NCBI GenBank assembly: GCA_973895155.1
Contig: OZ316897.1
Location: 20,463,224-20,527,223, forward strand
Direction: 5' to 3'
DNA: 64,000 nucleotides
Source of the DNA: Marsupella aquatica
Lineage: Eukaryota > Plantae > Marchantiophyta
Shown here: positions 13,331 to 25,795 of the stretch, in pieces
How the letters are laid out: each line of letters starts with the position of its first letter
Numbering within the stretch: position 1 is the first letter of the stretch
Translations under genes and position numbers: made by a program
Notes under the pieces: model-generated
The model's database searches: none
What the model saw: only the letters and a program-made list of their open reading frames with translations
What the model was told of the DNA's origin: nothing

Positions 13331-14706
13331 GCTCCCTGCATCAGCTCCTCCCCCTCCTCAAGGACATCACTTAGACAAGAACACCATCAACCAAAATGCC
13401 AATACTTTGTTAGCACCAACTATCCCACAAAGAAATAACACAATCATTAGTAACCCCAACTTACATGAAAACGTACATGGACCAAAATGGCCAGAAGGAT
13501 TAAAAACAATGCCATACACTTTGTGCCCTCTTGGTAATTGCACATCAAAATGTGATAATACATGGTGTATTATGTCACAGGACTTCATAGTGCAATAATC
13601 CCAATCTGTTTAACTCACTGGGTATCACTCTAATTATGTATCTATGTCTGTGTTTATGTGCAATTACCTCGAAACAGCTTCTTTGTTGGAACACACTAGC
13701 ATGGGTCTTGTAAACAATAACATGGCTGCAATAACTATGCACATGGCTAAACAAATACACTACCGGTAATCACTTATCAAATTGTGATAATATAGGGTGT
13801 GCACTCATTGATTCAAACAGAATTTCAAAGGTTATCATGGTATGGAAAATGTGATAATATAATGTCACTCATTGATTTAAAGAAAATGACAATGTTTATC
13901 ATAGTATATGTAAAGATGTTAAACAGAGTAATCTCTATGTTATATTTTGATGTAGGACCCAAAGAAATATATCTTTTAAATTTATCTTTTAGGAGACAAG
14001 TTATTCAAGGATATATTCAAAGATTACGTGGCAGACCCTGATTGACGGGGAGGTCTCATACAAACAAATATATTGGTTTAGTTAGAGAATGTCTGGAGGG
14101 CTTTCCGCCTTTCCAGGATGCAACTATTATTGCTGACAGGTACGGTACAGTACGAGACAGCTAATTACCACTGTCCTCCACGCGTTATATTCAGCGAATC
14201 TCTGAACAACACGAGTCGCGTCTTGTCCACCTGTCGTATGGTGGGGCTGCCACTACATCCGAAGAGTTAACCGCTCTTTGACAAACCGATGGACAGGCTC
14301 AACGGCTCAGATGCACCAATGACCCTTCAAGCTTATCACTCTCCATTAATCCGTAATGCTCATCCCATAATGTGTTTTAAGCTAAGCCGTTCACCTCCTC
14401 CAACTGACCCGAACCAGGTGACATCCTGACCGTTCATCTTACTCAATCGGTTTCCCGTAATTACGTATCACCGCATAAACCTGATTAGGCCCCTTAAACT
14501 GTAACTTATGTGCTATTAACACAAAGGACTGTAATTCAATCTGCTGATTACAGTAAGAAGCTCCACGTTGCTGCTCTCCGTTTTCGGAAGAAAGTATAGA
14601 TAACTCCTCTCAGAGCCTTTTCCACATCATCGACCTCTTGAGTTCTGCCAACACACCACCATTGAGTTTTAGAGCTCGCTCTCGTTGAGTAGTTTCATTC
14701 ACAGGA

Positions 14707-14952
14707 GAATTCGCTGAGTGGGTAGATTTCATTTCTGCAAAAGATTGCACGAGATTCGGAGGTGTAAGCTGTTACTGTTTTGAGTTTCTAGTTTTTCTGA
14801 TCGGCAGACCGGAAATTGATTGATCGATTGAATTCGCTGCGTGGGTAGATTTCATTTCTGCAAAACATTGCACGAGATTCGGAGGTGTAAGCTGTTACTG
14901 TTTTGAGTTTCTAGTTTTTCTGATCGGCAGACCGGAAATTGATTGATCGATT
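14707..14952. repeat. 123-bp tandem duplication in the leader of the small gene
   Basis: gaattcgctg.gtgggtagatttc...ggaaattgattgatcgatt starts at 14707 and at 14830. Confidence 0.9.
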
Positions 14953-15003
14953 GATTGATTGATCGATTGGCTCGAGTGCAACATTCTTGACTCGCTTGGG
15001 GAG

Positions 15004-15761
15004 ATGGATCAGCTGCGACGAGCAGATGCGGAGGTTGCGAATGCAACGCACCCTCGCCAAACAGCCAGATGGCGCCTGAATCGGTAAGGATTGGAAGAAC
15101 TTACGACCTTTCTGTCACTGAAGCAAACTCTTCGATTTTGCTTGGGTTGTGTTACAGTTTCGAACGTTCATACGTTTTTGGGTGGAACCTCCTTCCGCGT
15201 CTTTGTTTGCATATGTGCACTGGTCTTGGTGGGTTGATCGATTGATTGAGATCAAGTTTCATGTGCGTTCGGAAAAAGAGGGAAATGTACTTGTGGTCCG
15301 GATAGATTGTTCAGGATGGTTTTTCTTGAGAAACAGACAGAGACATCGAATGCTAGATAAATGCAACAAACAACGTTTTAGTCGATCTGAAGGAAGTTTA
15401 GGGTATCTGAAGTTAATCTGAAAACTTCTTAGCATAGCATAGAGAACTAGAAGATTCGCCTGGGATTTGTGAACTATTGCAAGTTATTTGTGAACTCGAG
15501 ATGGAGGTTTGTCAAATGCATGGACCTGCATTGCTCTAACTTAGTCAGACCGCTTTCCACTCGTACCTATGCCCGGTTAACATTGAACGTAAATCTGGTC
15601 CATGCAGATATAATCCCAAATGGAGGTGGAACGCCAAGAAGTACAATGTGACTCACCCGATCCAGCACGAAAAGATGAAGGCGAGGAGCAGGTTCAACTA
15701 CATTAACCCGCTGTTCTACATTCGGCGGATCAAGAACAACGCGAAGTCAGTTATTCATTAG
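15004..15761 (+). CDS. Two-exon 77-aa basic small protein of unknown family; exons 15004-15083 and 15608-15761
   Basis: Start context gagATGG, donor CG|GTAAGG, acceptor TGCAG|A, 524-nt intron. The in-frame join gives MDQLRRADAEVANATHPRQTARWRLNRYNPKWRWNAKKYNVTHPIQHEKMKARSRFNYINPLFYIRRIKNNAKSVIH*. An internal repeat spans the junction and exon 2 codons are GC3-rich. Confidence 0.7.
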
Positions 15762-17666
15762 ATTGGGACTTGCCGTAAACTGACGCATTGATATCCGCGC
15801 TGACGACATGCATGTCTGAGCTCCTCGTCTTCGATAAGGAAATAGCCATCTGAATGAACGGCCTCTCTAGGCAAATAAGTTAATTCACGCGATACAGATC
15901 GAACTGTAGGATGGCGCACTTTGTAAATTTGTATATACTCAACAACTTGCATCTAAAATATGTTCCTACTCCTGGATTCAGAGTAAGGAATTTTGGCACT
16001 GAAGCTTTGGCAGTTTTCTTATTGCTCGTGCTACAAATTTGGTCACTTACATCTCCTTTGCTTTCTTGTCCTCCGTTGTGTGCTTTAGTTCTACAATTTT
16101 CTCATACGACGAATGGAAAAAACAATTGTTTTCTTCAGTGTTCCATTTTGGCTGGTTTCTTAGATCCCGTGCTACAAAGACGTTCACTCACATCTTCTTT
16201 ACTTTCTTGTCCCCCACTGTATGCTAGTTCTAAAATTTCCTCATGTGACGAACTTTTTCCATTCGTCATACCAACCCCCCACTGTAAATAATCATGACAA
16301 TCAACAACATATGCTACTGAACAAAAGATACGTGCAGTCGCTAGATATTTGAATCCCTTCGAGCGAAACGTTTCCTACAATTCGAAAACAAATACCTCTT
16401 CTCTGCAGTTGGATAGTAAGTACCTTTTCTGGCAGTCAAAATGCCTTGAATACACTTGCACAAGTTTATCTCCCTGAATCTTGCAGGCAGTGAAAAAGTG
16501 TCTTTTCTTCAACGTTTTCCCCTTCGCTCACATTACTTTCACACCTCTGTCACGAAGAGTATGAAATCGACTAGAACGATATGTGCAAAACTCGGAGGAA
16601 GTGTTTTCCCCTTCGCTCACATTACTTTCACACCTCCGTCATGAAGTGATTGAAATCGACAGTAACGATATATTGAAAATTCGAGATGACGAGCGCAAAG
16701 ACAATGTTGAATTTACTCGACTTTCAAGCCACAATAACTCAGAATGTTAGCATTAAACAGTGAGGAAAATAGACAAAACGCTAACTTTCTTCATGAAAAC
16801 GATAAGGTAACCCAAAACTTTGTAAATCTTCCACACTCACATCTCATACCAACCACAGAGCATATGTAGGGAGAACTGAAATGAAGCAACCTCTTTGGTG
16901 GCCAACTACAACCCGCTAGGAAATCTCAGTGTTTCTGGGGCAAAACCATTTGATAACAAGACGCTGCTAACAGCACAAACATACGGCGATTTTATGTCAT
17001 GTATCTAAGAAAAGCCAATCGAGCCCGGTGAAAACATTAATTAACCCTCACACAATCTGACATGAATTTGAATTAAGGACGTCTTACATAGAGGACAACA
17101 ACAAACGACCGTTGCCAATTTCAAAGCATTGATCAAGCGAACGGAAATGTCAAATTTGAAGTGATTGCAAACTTTGGTGAACCACATGAACCTGGTCAAC
17201 AGACCACGAACACTATAGGCAAGAAACGTTTAATGCAATGCTTTAATAGTAAGAAAGCGGCACAGAAATTCAAGACAAGTAGCCCAGTCGACTGTTAAAT
17301 GGAGAAAGCGACCCCACTTGAAAGATTACGCACACCATTAAAGGTAACGTGGTTGTGTCGACGCAAGCTTAACGGCAACTGAGCTAATGAACTTCCGGCA
17401 ACCTAACAGTCCACTCACTGTACGACCTTACAAAACGCTGACCTTTCTAACAGAAAAAAAAGGCCGCGTTATCACGTTCTGGACCAGCCCAACTACTTTG
17501 ATTTAGACTACTCGAATTATTGCTCATGAATCATCTCATCGAAACAATACTTTTGTATATACGTTGAGCTGGTGGTATTACCAGGGAAAAGACGATATGA
17601 AGCGTTCCCGCCAAGAGGCAGCTCAGGAAAACTGTGAAACATGTTTCTTCCAGAGAAAGTCCAACA

Positions 17667-20600
17667 TCACTCGTCTGTCATCGTCACAACTACTTTCCCA
17701 GTTGCATGTCCCTCAATGCTCTTTGCCCACGCGTCTGCGGCCTTATCCAAAGGATATTTCGAGTCGATAAACGTTTTCAACTTCCCTTGGCCCGTCAAAT
17801 CCAGCAAAAAGTCCAAGTCTCTAGATTTTACAGACACCCACAACATAGATCTCTTCTGTTTTGCTCCTGAGAGCTTCTTGATCACTGAGTTCACCACTGT
17901 CGAAGGGCCACCGACCAACTCCTGGACTTGCCCAGTTGGAGACAGCTGCGGCTGAATTAATGACCATTTTAGACCCGCTGCATTGACCACGACATCGTAC
18001 TTCTTTCCCGACGGACTGGTGAGTTTGGCTCCCTCATCAGTCTTGTAATCCAACACCTCGTCGACTCCAAGTGTTTTCAAAAGCTCAATGTTTCGTTGCC
18101 CAACAGTGGCAGTTACATGTGCTCCGCTCAATTTGGCTAGCTGCGAAACAATGCAACACCGCACAAATGAGGGAACCTCAACACCAAAATGTTCACTTCA
18201 AAGGCTAGATAGATACTTCTGAAGTCCAAACTAAAAAAAGAGCTGGTCTGAGGGAGGATTACAAATCAGCACAAAATGGGCAGACACTGATATGTGATCC
18301 AACGTGAGGAGGATGAGATATACCTGAACGGCATACAGCCCAACCCCACCAGAAGCTGCAGTGACCAGAATATTTCCAGTGTAGCTTCCATCAATATTCA
18401 CCCCTGCACTTGTAAGAGCTTGGAGAGCAGTCAGACCAGCTATGGGAAGACATGCACCATCAATTGCTGAGACTTCGGGGGGCCTTTTCGATGTTTTCTT
18501 GGATGGAGCGATTGCGTACTCGGCTAGAGAGCCTCCACGCTGTCAGGCCCACAGGAAGAAGAATTTCAAAAGCCCAATTCTGGATATGAACTTGATTTAC
18601 GGCTTGTGCTACGTAAGTCTAGCCTACATTTTCATGCTCACAGGTAAGTGTTTAAGCAGAAATATCAAGGAGGCGGAATAGGAACCAAAACTTATCACAA
18701 TTGGGTTGTACGCACTGCTAGGTCAAGCCAGCCGACGATTTTGTCTCCAGGTGCGAAGTCTGTCACTTCAGCCCCGACACTCACCACTTCTCCAGCAACG
18801 TCAGTTCCTGCCAACAACATCCATGCCAAACAGTCAAATTCTTAAATGAATCATATTAAGGCTGGATCCTTGATAGCATCTATAAATGGAGAATTCAACA
18901 ATACTAACAGACCAAAATTTGGTCACCTAAAGTCAATTGTAGGTGATCTTGTCCATTTTGGATATTGGCCATGAGGTTATAAAATGCAAAAATAATGTTA
19001 GAATTCTCTTTAATTCAAATAATTCTATCTTTTACTGAGCCCTGATTTCGAATGTGCAACAATCAGATATTCTAAATTTCGGTTGTGATGCAAATGTTAG
19101 TACTAGCCGAACGAAACATCACATATGCAGACCGTAACTCGGCTTCCATCACTACGTACATCGATTGGAAGACATCTGTGTAACCAACGAACGATGGTTC
19201 TCCTGCAGTGAATTTGCGATTCCGTATTCACCCAAACAAACGATATACCACCATCTTTCACAACATATCTTCATTCTTCGGTATAGAAATAAATTGGAGG
19301 TGATTTGGTGAAGATGCTGGCATTACTTACCGGGAATGACAGGGAACTTCCGAGGAAATATCGGTCGCAATTCTCCTTTTTGAACCTTCCAGTCAACTGG
19401 GTTCACGGTGGCTGCATCTATCTTCACCAGAAGCTCTCCTTTCTTCGGATCGGGAGCAGGTATAGTCACATGCTACTCAAACGCACAAGACACAAAACAG
19501 ATCAGCCTCCAACTCAAAACAATTCAGGGCCTATACCTATTACAATACCTACTACTTGGACCACGAACTAAGTACTACGCCACACTGGCCGAACTGTAGC
19601 AATCCACCCAGAATACGAAGAGCCAACACCTAAAGCGAGAAAGTTCCCATAAATTTCTACACGCAAAACAATCAGACACGCCTAGAATTAGCACTGGAAT
19701 GGTCAAAAACACTCTGCCACCGTCTGTAGTTCTTCAATTAGGGGATCTTTCACGCATTCCTGATGGAAAGCACATCCGGAGTCGGTTTCTTTTAACCCAG
19801 GAGAAAGATTGTCCTGTCCCGTGTGACAGACAACCGAACGGCTAGAGTCCTTTCACTTGAATTGTGCGCCAGTCGCCTCGCTGATCGTCCTGGGGTCTTT
19901 AATAGGCAAATCTCCCGGGGATGTTTACTAGGACAACGCTAAATCGAGCACTGCGCACCACGGTAGGTCAGCAGAGGGGATCGCCTATGCTATGCGTAAT
20001 GGAAAATTGAAGGCGTCCACAATACTTAGAAAGGCAATAACAGCCTGAACCTCTTGTTCTTTCGAGATGCTTGATAGAGTTAAATCACATGAGGACCCTT
20101 GCGCTAATGAGTTTAAGAGTCCAGAACGATTGAGTCTTCCCGCCATCACCAACACTGATGTCCACCTTGTGCGATAAAGCTCCTCGACTACCCCGACGAG
20201 TGGTACGAGCCGAGTAAGATACACTTCCTGATCCAACCCTTGGGAGGGTTGTTTAGCTAGTAGATCACCTCTCAAAGCACACCCAATTCCCGGTGAATAT
20301 TTATACATCAAACATCGGATCCCGATGCCCGCGTATATATCTAAAGCGTTCCACTCCTTACAAACGGATTAAATGCAGAACGAGCTCAGAAGCAGGCAAA
20401 CAGCGGGATAGTCATCGGGAGCTCAGCTCCATGACGCTTCCTCACTTCAATTCATTAATAATGAAGGGGAGGAATCAATGGATGAATGTTTCTCAGGTCA
20501 TGGGCTTCAAATCTCATTCCCATGCTTCCACTTGTCTAATTCTATTCTGGGGGCTAGAAGATTACTTTCTTGAGAGAGGGGACGGGTGCACACTCTATGG

Positions 20601-21279
20601 ACACAAGGGGCACCTCCACTAAGACCAACAAGTTGCCTGGTAAGCGACCTCTTCTACCGCTGTAGTACTTGGGACTAATAACCAAGGGACGGACAGTATA
20701 GACACGGCAACAGAATTTGTTCTCCTGAAAAATCTCTTGACCATTCTTCTTAAGATTCAATTCCAGCTCGACCACAGCATCTTGCTCATCAGCCAAAAGG
20801 TACACTGCTCCTGCGGTGAACAGCTACTTACCATCTCCCTAAGGACAGAACGGCAACGTGACCCATTTATGCAGGTACATTCATCTCGTCATTTCGCACT
20901 GGTGCTCAACAATTCATTACTGAAAATCAACGTCTGTTCAATCAAACCCATTTCCAGTTCCACCCGTACTTCTAAACCATCAGATCTAATTCAAACGTGG
21001 ACAAACTCCAGATCATCAATGCACTTGCAAGGATCCCCACATTGCTGATCCTTGCTCATTCCCGCCATCCACCACACCCCACAAACCTATCAAACTCTTT
21101 CAACTGAAAACATCTCCGTCTCTCTCTGCGGACTACTGGGGTCATTGCTGCACCACATTTTCGCCAGCTGCAAGAGATATGCACAGCCTGCTCACAACGG
21201 ATTCCCTCCGTACCTTCAGACTGCTTGCGCCCCCGCCATACTGGGAGTATTGCACCGCTTTCATCACCGTCCCCGCCAT
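17667..21279 (-). CDS. ceQORH: Chloroplast envelope quinone oxidoreductase homolog (MDR family), copy 1, 329 aa; exons 21279-21214, 19472-19331, 18807-18716, 18539-18324, 18140-17667
   Basis: MAGTVMKAVQYSQYGGG..., VNPVDWK, GTDVAGEVV, GLTALQAL, AASGGVGLYAVQLAKL, SPSGKKYD and AWAKSIEGHATGKVVV match Arabidopsis ceQORH as I recall it. All introns are GT-AG with consistent phases (990 nt total). Confidence 0.95.
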
Positions 21280-21919
21280 CTTTCGCGTGCACCAGCCCTC
21301 CTCGCCTTCCTTCGTTCCTGCTTCAAGCTCAAGACAGCTCAAAATCACGTTCCTTCTCCACCTCCACAGCTATCGGCACACAAGCAGCAGTGAAACCCAA
21401 CAATGTGGTAGAACAACAACAACAACAACAGTGCTGCTCCTCCCCCTTCCTTTTTCTGGAGATCTTCTCGCTCCTTCCGTCTCGAAGCAATCATCAAATC
21501 AAATGCACGCCCCACACTGAAAAAGCGCTCCCAGCAGCTGCCTCGCTCTCTCTGCTGACCTTTTTCGAAATCTGCCCGCCTCCGCTGTTCCGATTGCTGA
21601 TGCTGGTGCTCATCTCTCCTCCCTCTTACCTGTCACGGCCCACAACTTTTGATTTCGATCGAAAACGCATGTGCCAGCCGGCCGGCCAACGTTCCAGCAA
21701 GCCAGCACCATCGCCCATCCCCCATCGCCCATCGCCCATCAACGGAAAACTACAGTACCTACAGTACCTACACTGCCCCGTGCATCATTATGTCCCTTTT
21801 CGCTTCCAGCATTCCATTCCCACCACTTTATTACTGTCACCAGTTTTTCCATTCCATTTGCACCGGCCCAGTAAAATCAAAACTAAAATTAAAACCCTGT
21901 ATCCAGGTCTTCCATATTT

Positions 21920-22269
21920 TTTCCTCAAAAAAACCAAATGAATTCAATTCAAATAACCAGCATACAAAAAATGAATTTAATTCAAATAACCAGCATACAA
22001 AAGAGGGGGCCCAAAAGAGGGTCCACCCCAAAGGACCAAAGGTCAGACAGCTAACCACCAGGAAGGCCGGCACCGGGACAGAAGTTGTGTCTCAGGAGGC
22101 AACTAATCAAGACATTTAGAGACTATAGCCGGAGCAACTAACTCCTAAAGACCGGCCAGTGATCAGGTTCCGACTGGGTTCCTTCCAGTGGGTCCATGAG
22201 AGAGGGATGACTCAATAAGTCAGTCTGCAGTGCAGCTTTGGAGCCTGACAAGGGGATGTCACGGTGGAC
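21920..22269 (-). mobile_element. 5'-truncated non-LTR retroelement (~350 bp) with 14-bp TSD
   Basis: GGTCTTCCATATTT at 21906-21919 and 22270-22283. T-rich 3' UTR with a 33-bp tandem duplication, ending in a short A run on the minus strand. Confidence 0.8.
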
Positions 22270-24329
22270 GGTCTTCCATATTTCCTGTTCATCAGATTGG
22301 TCATTTGCTTGTCCCTATTTCCACAATCATGTCTCCTAACATACAAGAAATGCACATTAGAGCAGTCAAAAGATTGTGTAAATGAGATACGGCCAATGTA
22401 ATAAACCTGTTTTATTGCTAGGACCTAAGGAGTTTAGGGGTTAGGCTATCTAAGTATAAGCCCCATAAGAATTTTATGTCTGAGAATTTTTAGCCTATAA
22501 GACTTTTCTTACGTCAATAGTTTGACACACCCTAAATGTGCATATGGAATAAACCACCCTAATGTGCTACGGAACAAACGGGAAAGTAGAGTGTGCTTAC
22601 AGTGTCCCGTAATGGCTATATTGCAAATTTTTTTCAATATAGAAATTTCTTAGTAGTGGCACATTGTGATGTCTATTGGCATGATGATTTCTTTGTTGTG
22701 TTGATTTGTTGGAACACCTTGGAAGGAACATGCATACCCAATCATGTAGTCATAAAAAACACAGTAAGTTTAATCTTTCCATATTAGTCTAAGGGGTGGA
22801 GAACACTGGTCAACCCAAATAAACAACAAACAAATAATTATATGTAAACCTTAAGGTGCATCACTACTGGGCAGTCCTGGCTCAATTGTGGAGTATCCCT
22901 ATCTCAAACAATCAGCTCAAAGCTATAGTATATGATTGCCTTGTCTTCCTGGTTGCTGGACTGTCTGAGCAAACTTCATTCTCACACTAAGTCTGGTGTG
23001 GAAGGATTTCCTTGAGTGACATTAGTTTGTAGGGTTAGATTAGACTTCAGCAACTTCAAGATTTTCCTGAACAGCTGTGGATTCTTTGTTATCTCATTTT
23101 TAGAGTCACAGATTGTCAAATTTTGATACCCATCTTGATCTCTTGTTGTTTAAACCATCTGATACATTTATTGAAGCTTCAATGGAGTTCAACAGCACAT
23201 CATAACACATTTATTGAAGCTTCATAGAGTTCAACAACACATCATCTTCCTTCTTGCATATTTTTCCATCTCTTATCTGTCAATTCCACGTAGGAATAAA
23301 GTAAATAATCTACACTGTAACACAGATAATTAGAAGGGGCCGAGAAAACCACAAATTACCAAAATGATATTGTCTACTTACTTGGAAGGGTTTTGTGATT
23401 GTCATTGGCATATTAGAGTTCTTGCTCAATCATCTTGATTACAAGCACCAAATGAAGATCTGACTAGTTCCTCTTAGACAAATATCTAAGAAACATGTGT
23501 AAAAGCTTTCTCATAATCCGGATCAATCATGATAAGCAAACACTAATGAAGCAACTATATTAGGAAGCTTAGGATTTAAGCACACAGTAATGTACGTAGC
23601 AGCTAATTCTTATCATATTTGAGGTGGCCTCAAATCATATGGTGTCTGCTGATTAGCATACCTACGATATAAGGAACTCTTCAAGTAGCATCCGAGTGAT
23701 AAAAGTAGCTCCCCACTCGAGTACCTGCTGGAATACATGAACACCTCAAGTGGCATTGAGCCATGTTTTCAGCCCCTCACAAACAATATCTAACCCCACC
23801 TTGTGAGACTTGTACCAGATATTATATCCCCACTAGTCTGGTGATGTTCGGCATAAAGAAATCTGGCTTCTCTGTCTCTTCTTTGAGGTGGCCAATGCCG
23901 TTTATATTGCTTCACTATCATAATTAAGTCTTTGTTACAAGTGTGGATCCTCCTAGTACCAGCAAAGTGTGTATGAATTCTTTTGCTTTACCTCTCTTCA
24001 AACCTACTCCATGAAGACCACATAGAATCCGATCAGTCAAGCAGTATCAGAAGAAAATTGATACATGTGTTGACGAGCACTTGCATCACATACTCCCTGC
24101 TTGCTATGTATAGGCAGATGACCAAACATTATTAAGGCACAAGTTCCATACCTCTTCTCCTTCTCAAAGACCCAACCTGACAAGCTAGACAAAAGATGGT
24201 TAACAATAATTCACTTTGGGCATCGCTGGCTATAGGTCAGCTGATGGTGCGCAAAGATTGCCTTCTCCATCTCCTTCATTAGAACTTCATTCTCTATCAT
24301 CCAAAATGCTCTTAGATATCAACCCAAAT

Positions 24330-25030
24330 ACCAAGAGACAGTAGCCACCATTCAAACAGAATCAAAGGCACAAAAAAAAGCATGTCTCTACTCTTGTTTG
24401 TTTACTCCATCATTTGCACTTTTCTTGATAGGAGCATGCAATACCATGCGGGTTCTGGCAAAAGCTAGATGGCCAATAATGCTAAAGTAACCAATTCTCC
24501 AATAAGTTTCCCTCACCTAGCTAGAGACCTCCAATAAGAGTATTGTCCTCTACTACAACTCTTGTAATAAGATTGTTAAGTAAGCATCTCATCAAGCTGC
24601 TTTCAAGGGAGGATCCCAACTGAAGGGAATTCTGTCCCACCCTCAATGTGCCTTTCAGAGACTGTCAGCTCATATTAAATAATTAATGGTCATTAATTGA
24701 TCATTGTTGTGCAAGGCCAATTTCTCTTTGTCTTTACCTCCCTCAGCCAGCATAGGGTTGGGAACTGGATATAACCCTGGCATACTTACCTTGGTCCATG
24801 TCTTGAACAAGCCATAAACTTTCACATAGAGTAGAAACACAGACTCTTGCAACTTCATCAAAAACACTATGTAAGTCAATCTCATTGAGATCTATCAGCT
24901 GCTCATCATGTAGCTTGTCCAAATACAAATTAGCAAGGTCGTATGAATTTTGGCAAAGTTGGAGCTCCATCTTCAGCCAACTCCTCCATCCTCCCATATC
25001 ACAACAACTCACACCAACTCTACACATTGA
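24330..25030 (-). mobile_element. Possible decayed hAT-like transposase C-terminus
   Basis: Minus frames give LQLCQNSYDLANLYLD..., NNLITR and YWRSLAR*GKLIGELVTLALLAI*LLPEP...KSRDML, reminiscent of the hAT dimerization region. Stops and frameshifts throughout. Confidence 0.3.
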
Positions 25031-25448
25031 GCAATATTAAAAAAATGAGATTGACTGTCCACAAGCATGACCATTTCAAACACAATTGCAACTTGAGTAG
25101 TAGCACTTATTAAGTGCAAGATTGACATTGCAAAGTAGCAAGAGCAAAACAACAAAAACAAATTTTAAAAAGGATGTAACCCTCTGCCGGACAGTACCTG
25201 GTCCCGTCTGACAGTGCCCCGTCCTGGGGTGGGCCTTTTGTCATCGGGAGCCAAAATCCTATGGGAAGGAAAACGTGCGCAAGGCACGTAGTGCGGTGAG
25301 CCAACAATTTGGTGTTTCCATCCAAGCAACTTTCAACAACATATACTTAGACATTCGCCTTTGACCGCTCTACGCAGCTTGTCATTCCCTGAGCATGCTA
25401 ACTGGCCTCCATCCCTGTGCTCTCAAAAGAAGCTGGCCTCCATCAGAT

Positions 25449-25795
25449 TGTTGAGCATAGACGATAATCGCAACGGTAAGCACATGACACATCCAACGTG
25501 CAAGTAGTCAACACAAGAGATACGTGGTTCACCTCCTTGAGGCTACGTTCACGGGAACACACAAGAGAGCTTTACTGAACTCTAAGTCCATCGGCCATAC
25601 CAAGTCTCCACAGTGTAAGCTCTCCTCATCTAGCTCTCAAGTGGCTCCATAACAATGAGCCTAAGTTTCACTTATCCAAGCAAACACCGCTTGACATATA
25701 GTGTGCATCCTAGTTAACCTAACCACGTCTCCGACTATGGTTAGCCTAACTACGGTTACATGTCGTAACCCTAGACCTTGAGTAAATACCTAACA
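25449..25795 (-). mobile_element. Solo LTR (347 bp), TSD CAGAT
   Basis: Reverse complement of 11719-12061 with a 4-bp indel. CAGAT at 25444-25448 and 25796-25800. Confidence 0.9.

Noticed and set aside
21225-21941. 238-aa + strand ORF (and the 266-aa ORF at 33626-34426)
   Set aside because: Antisense to ceQORH exon 1 and its GC-rich leader, low complexity from (CAA)n and (CTCCA)n microsatellites, and the frames are not conserved between paralogs.
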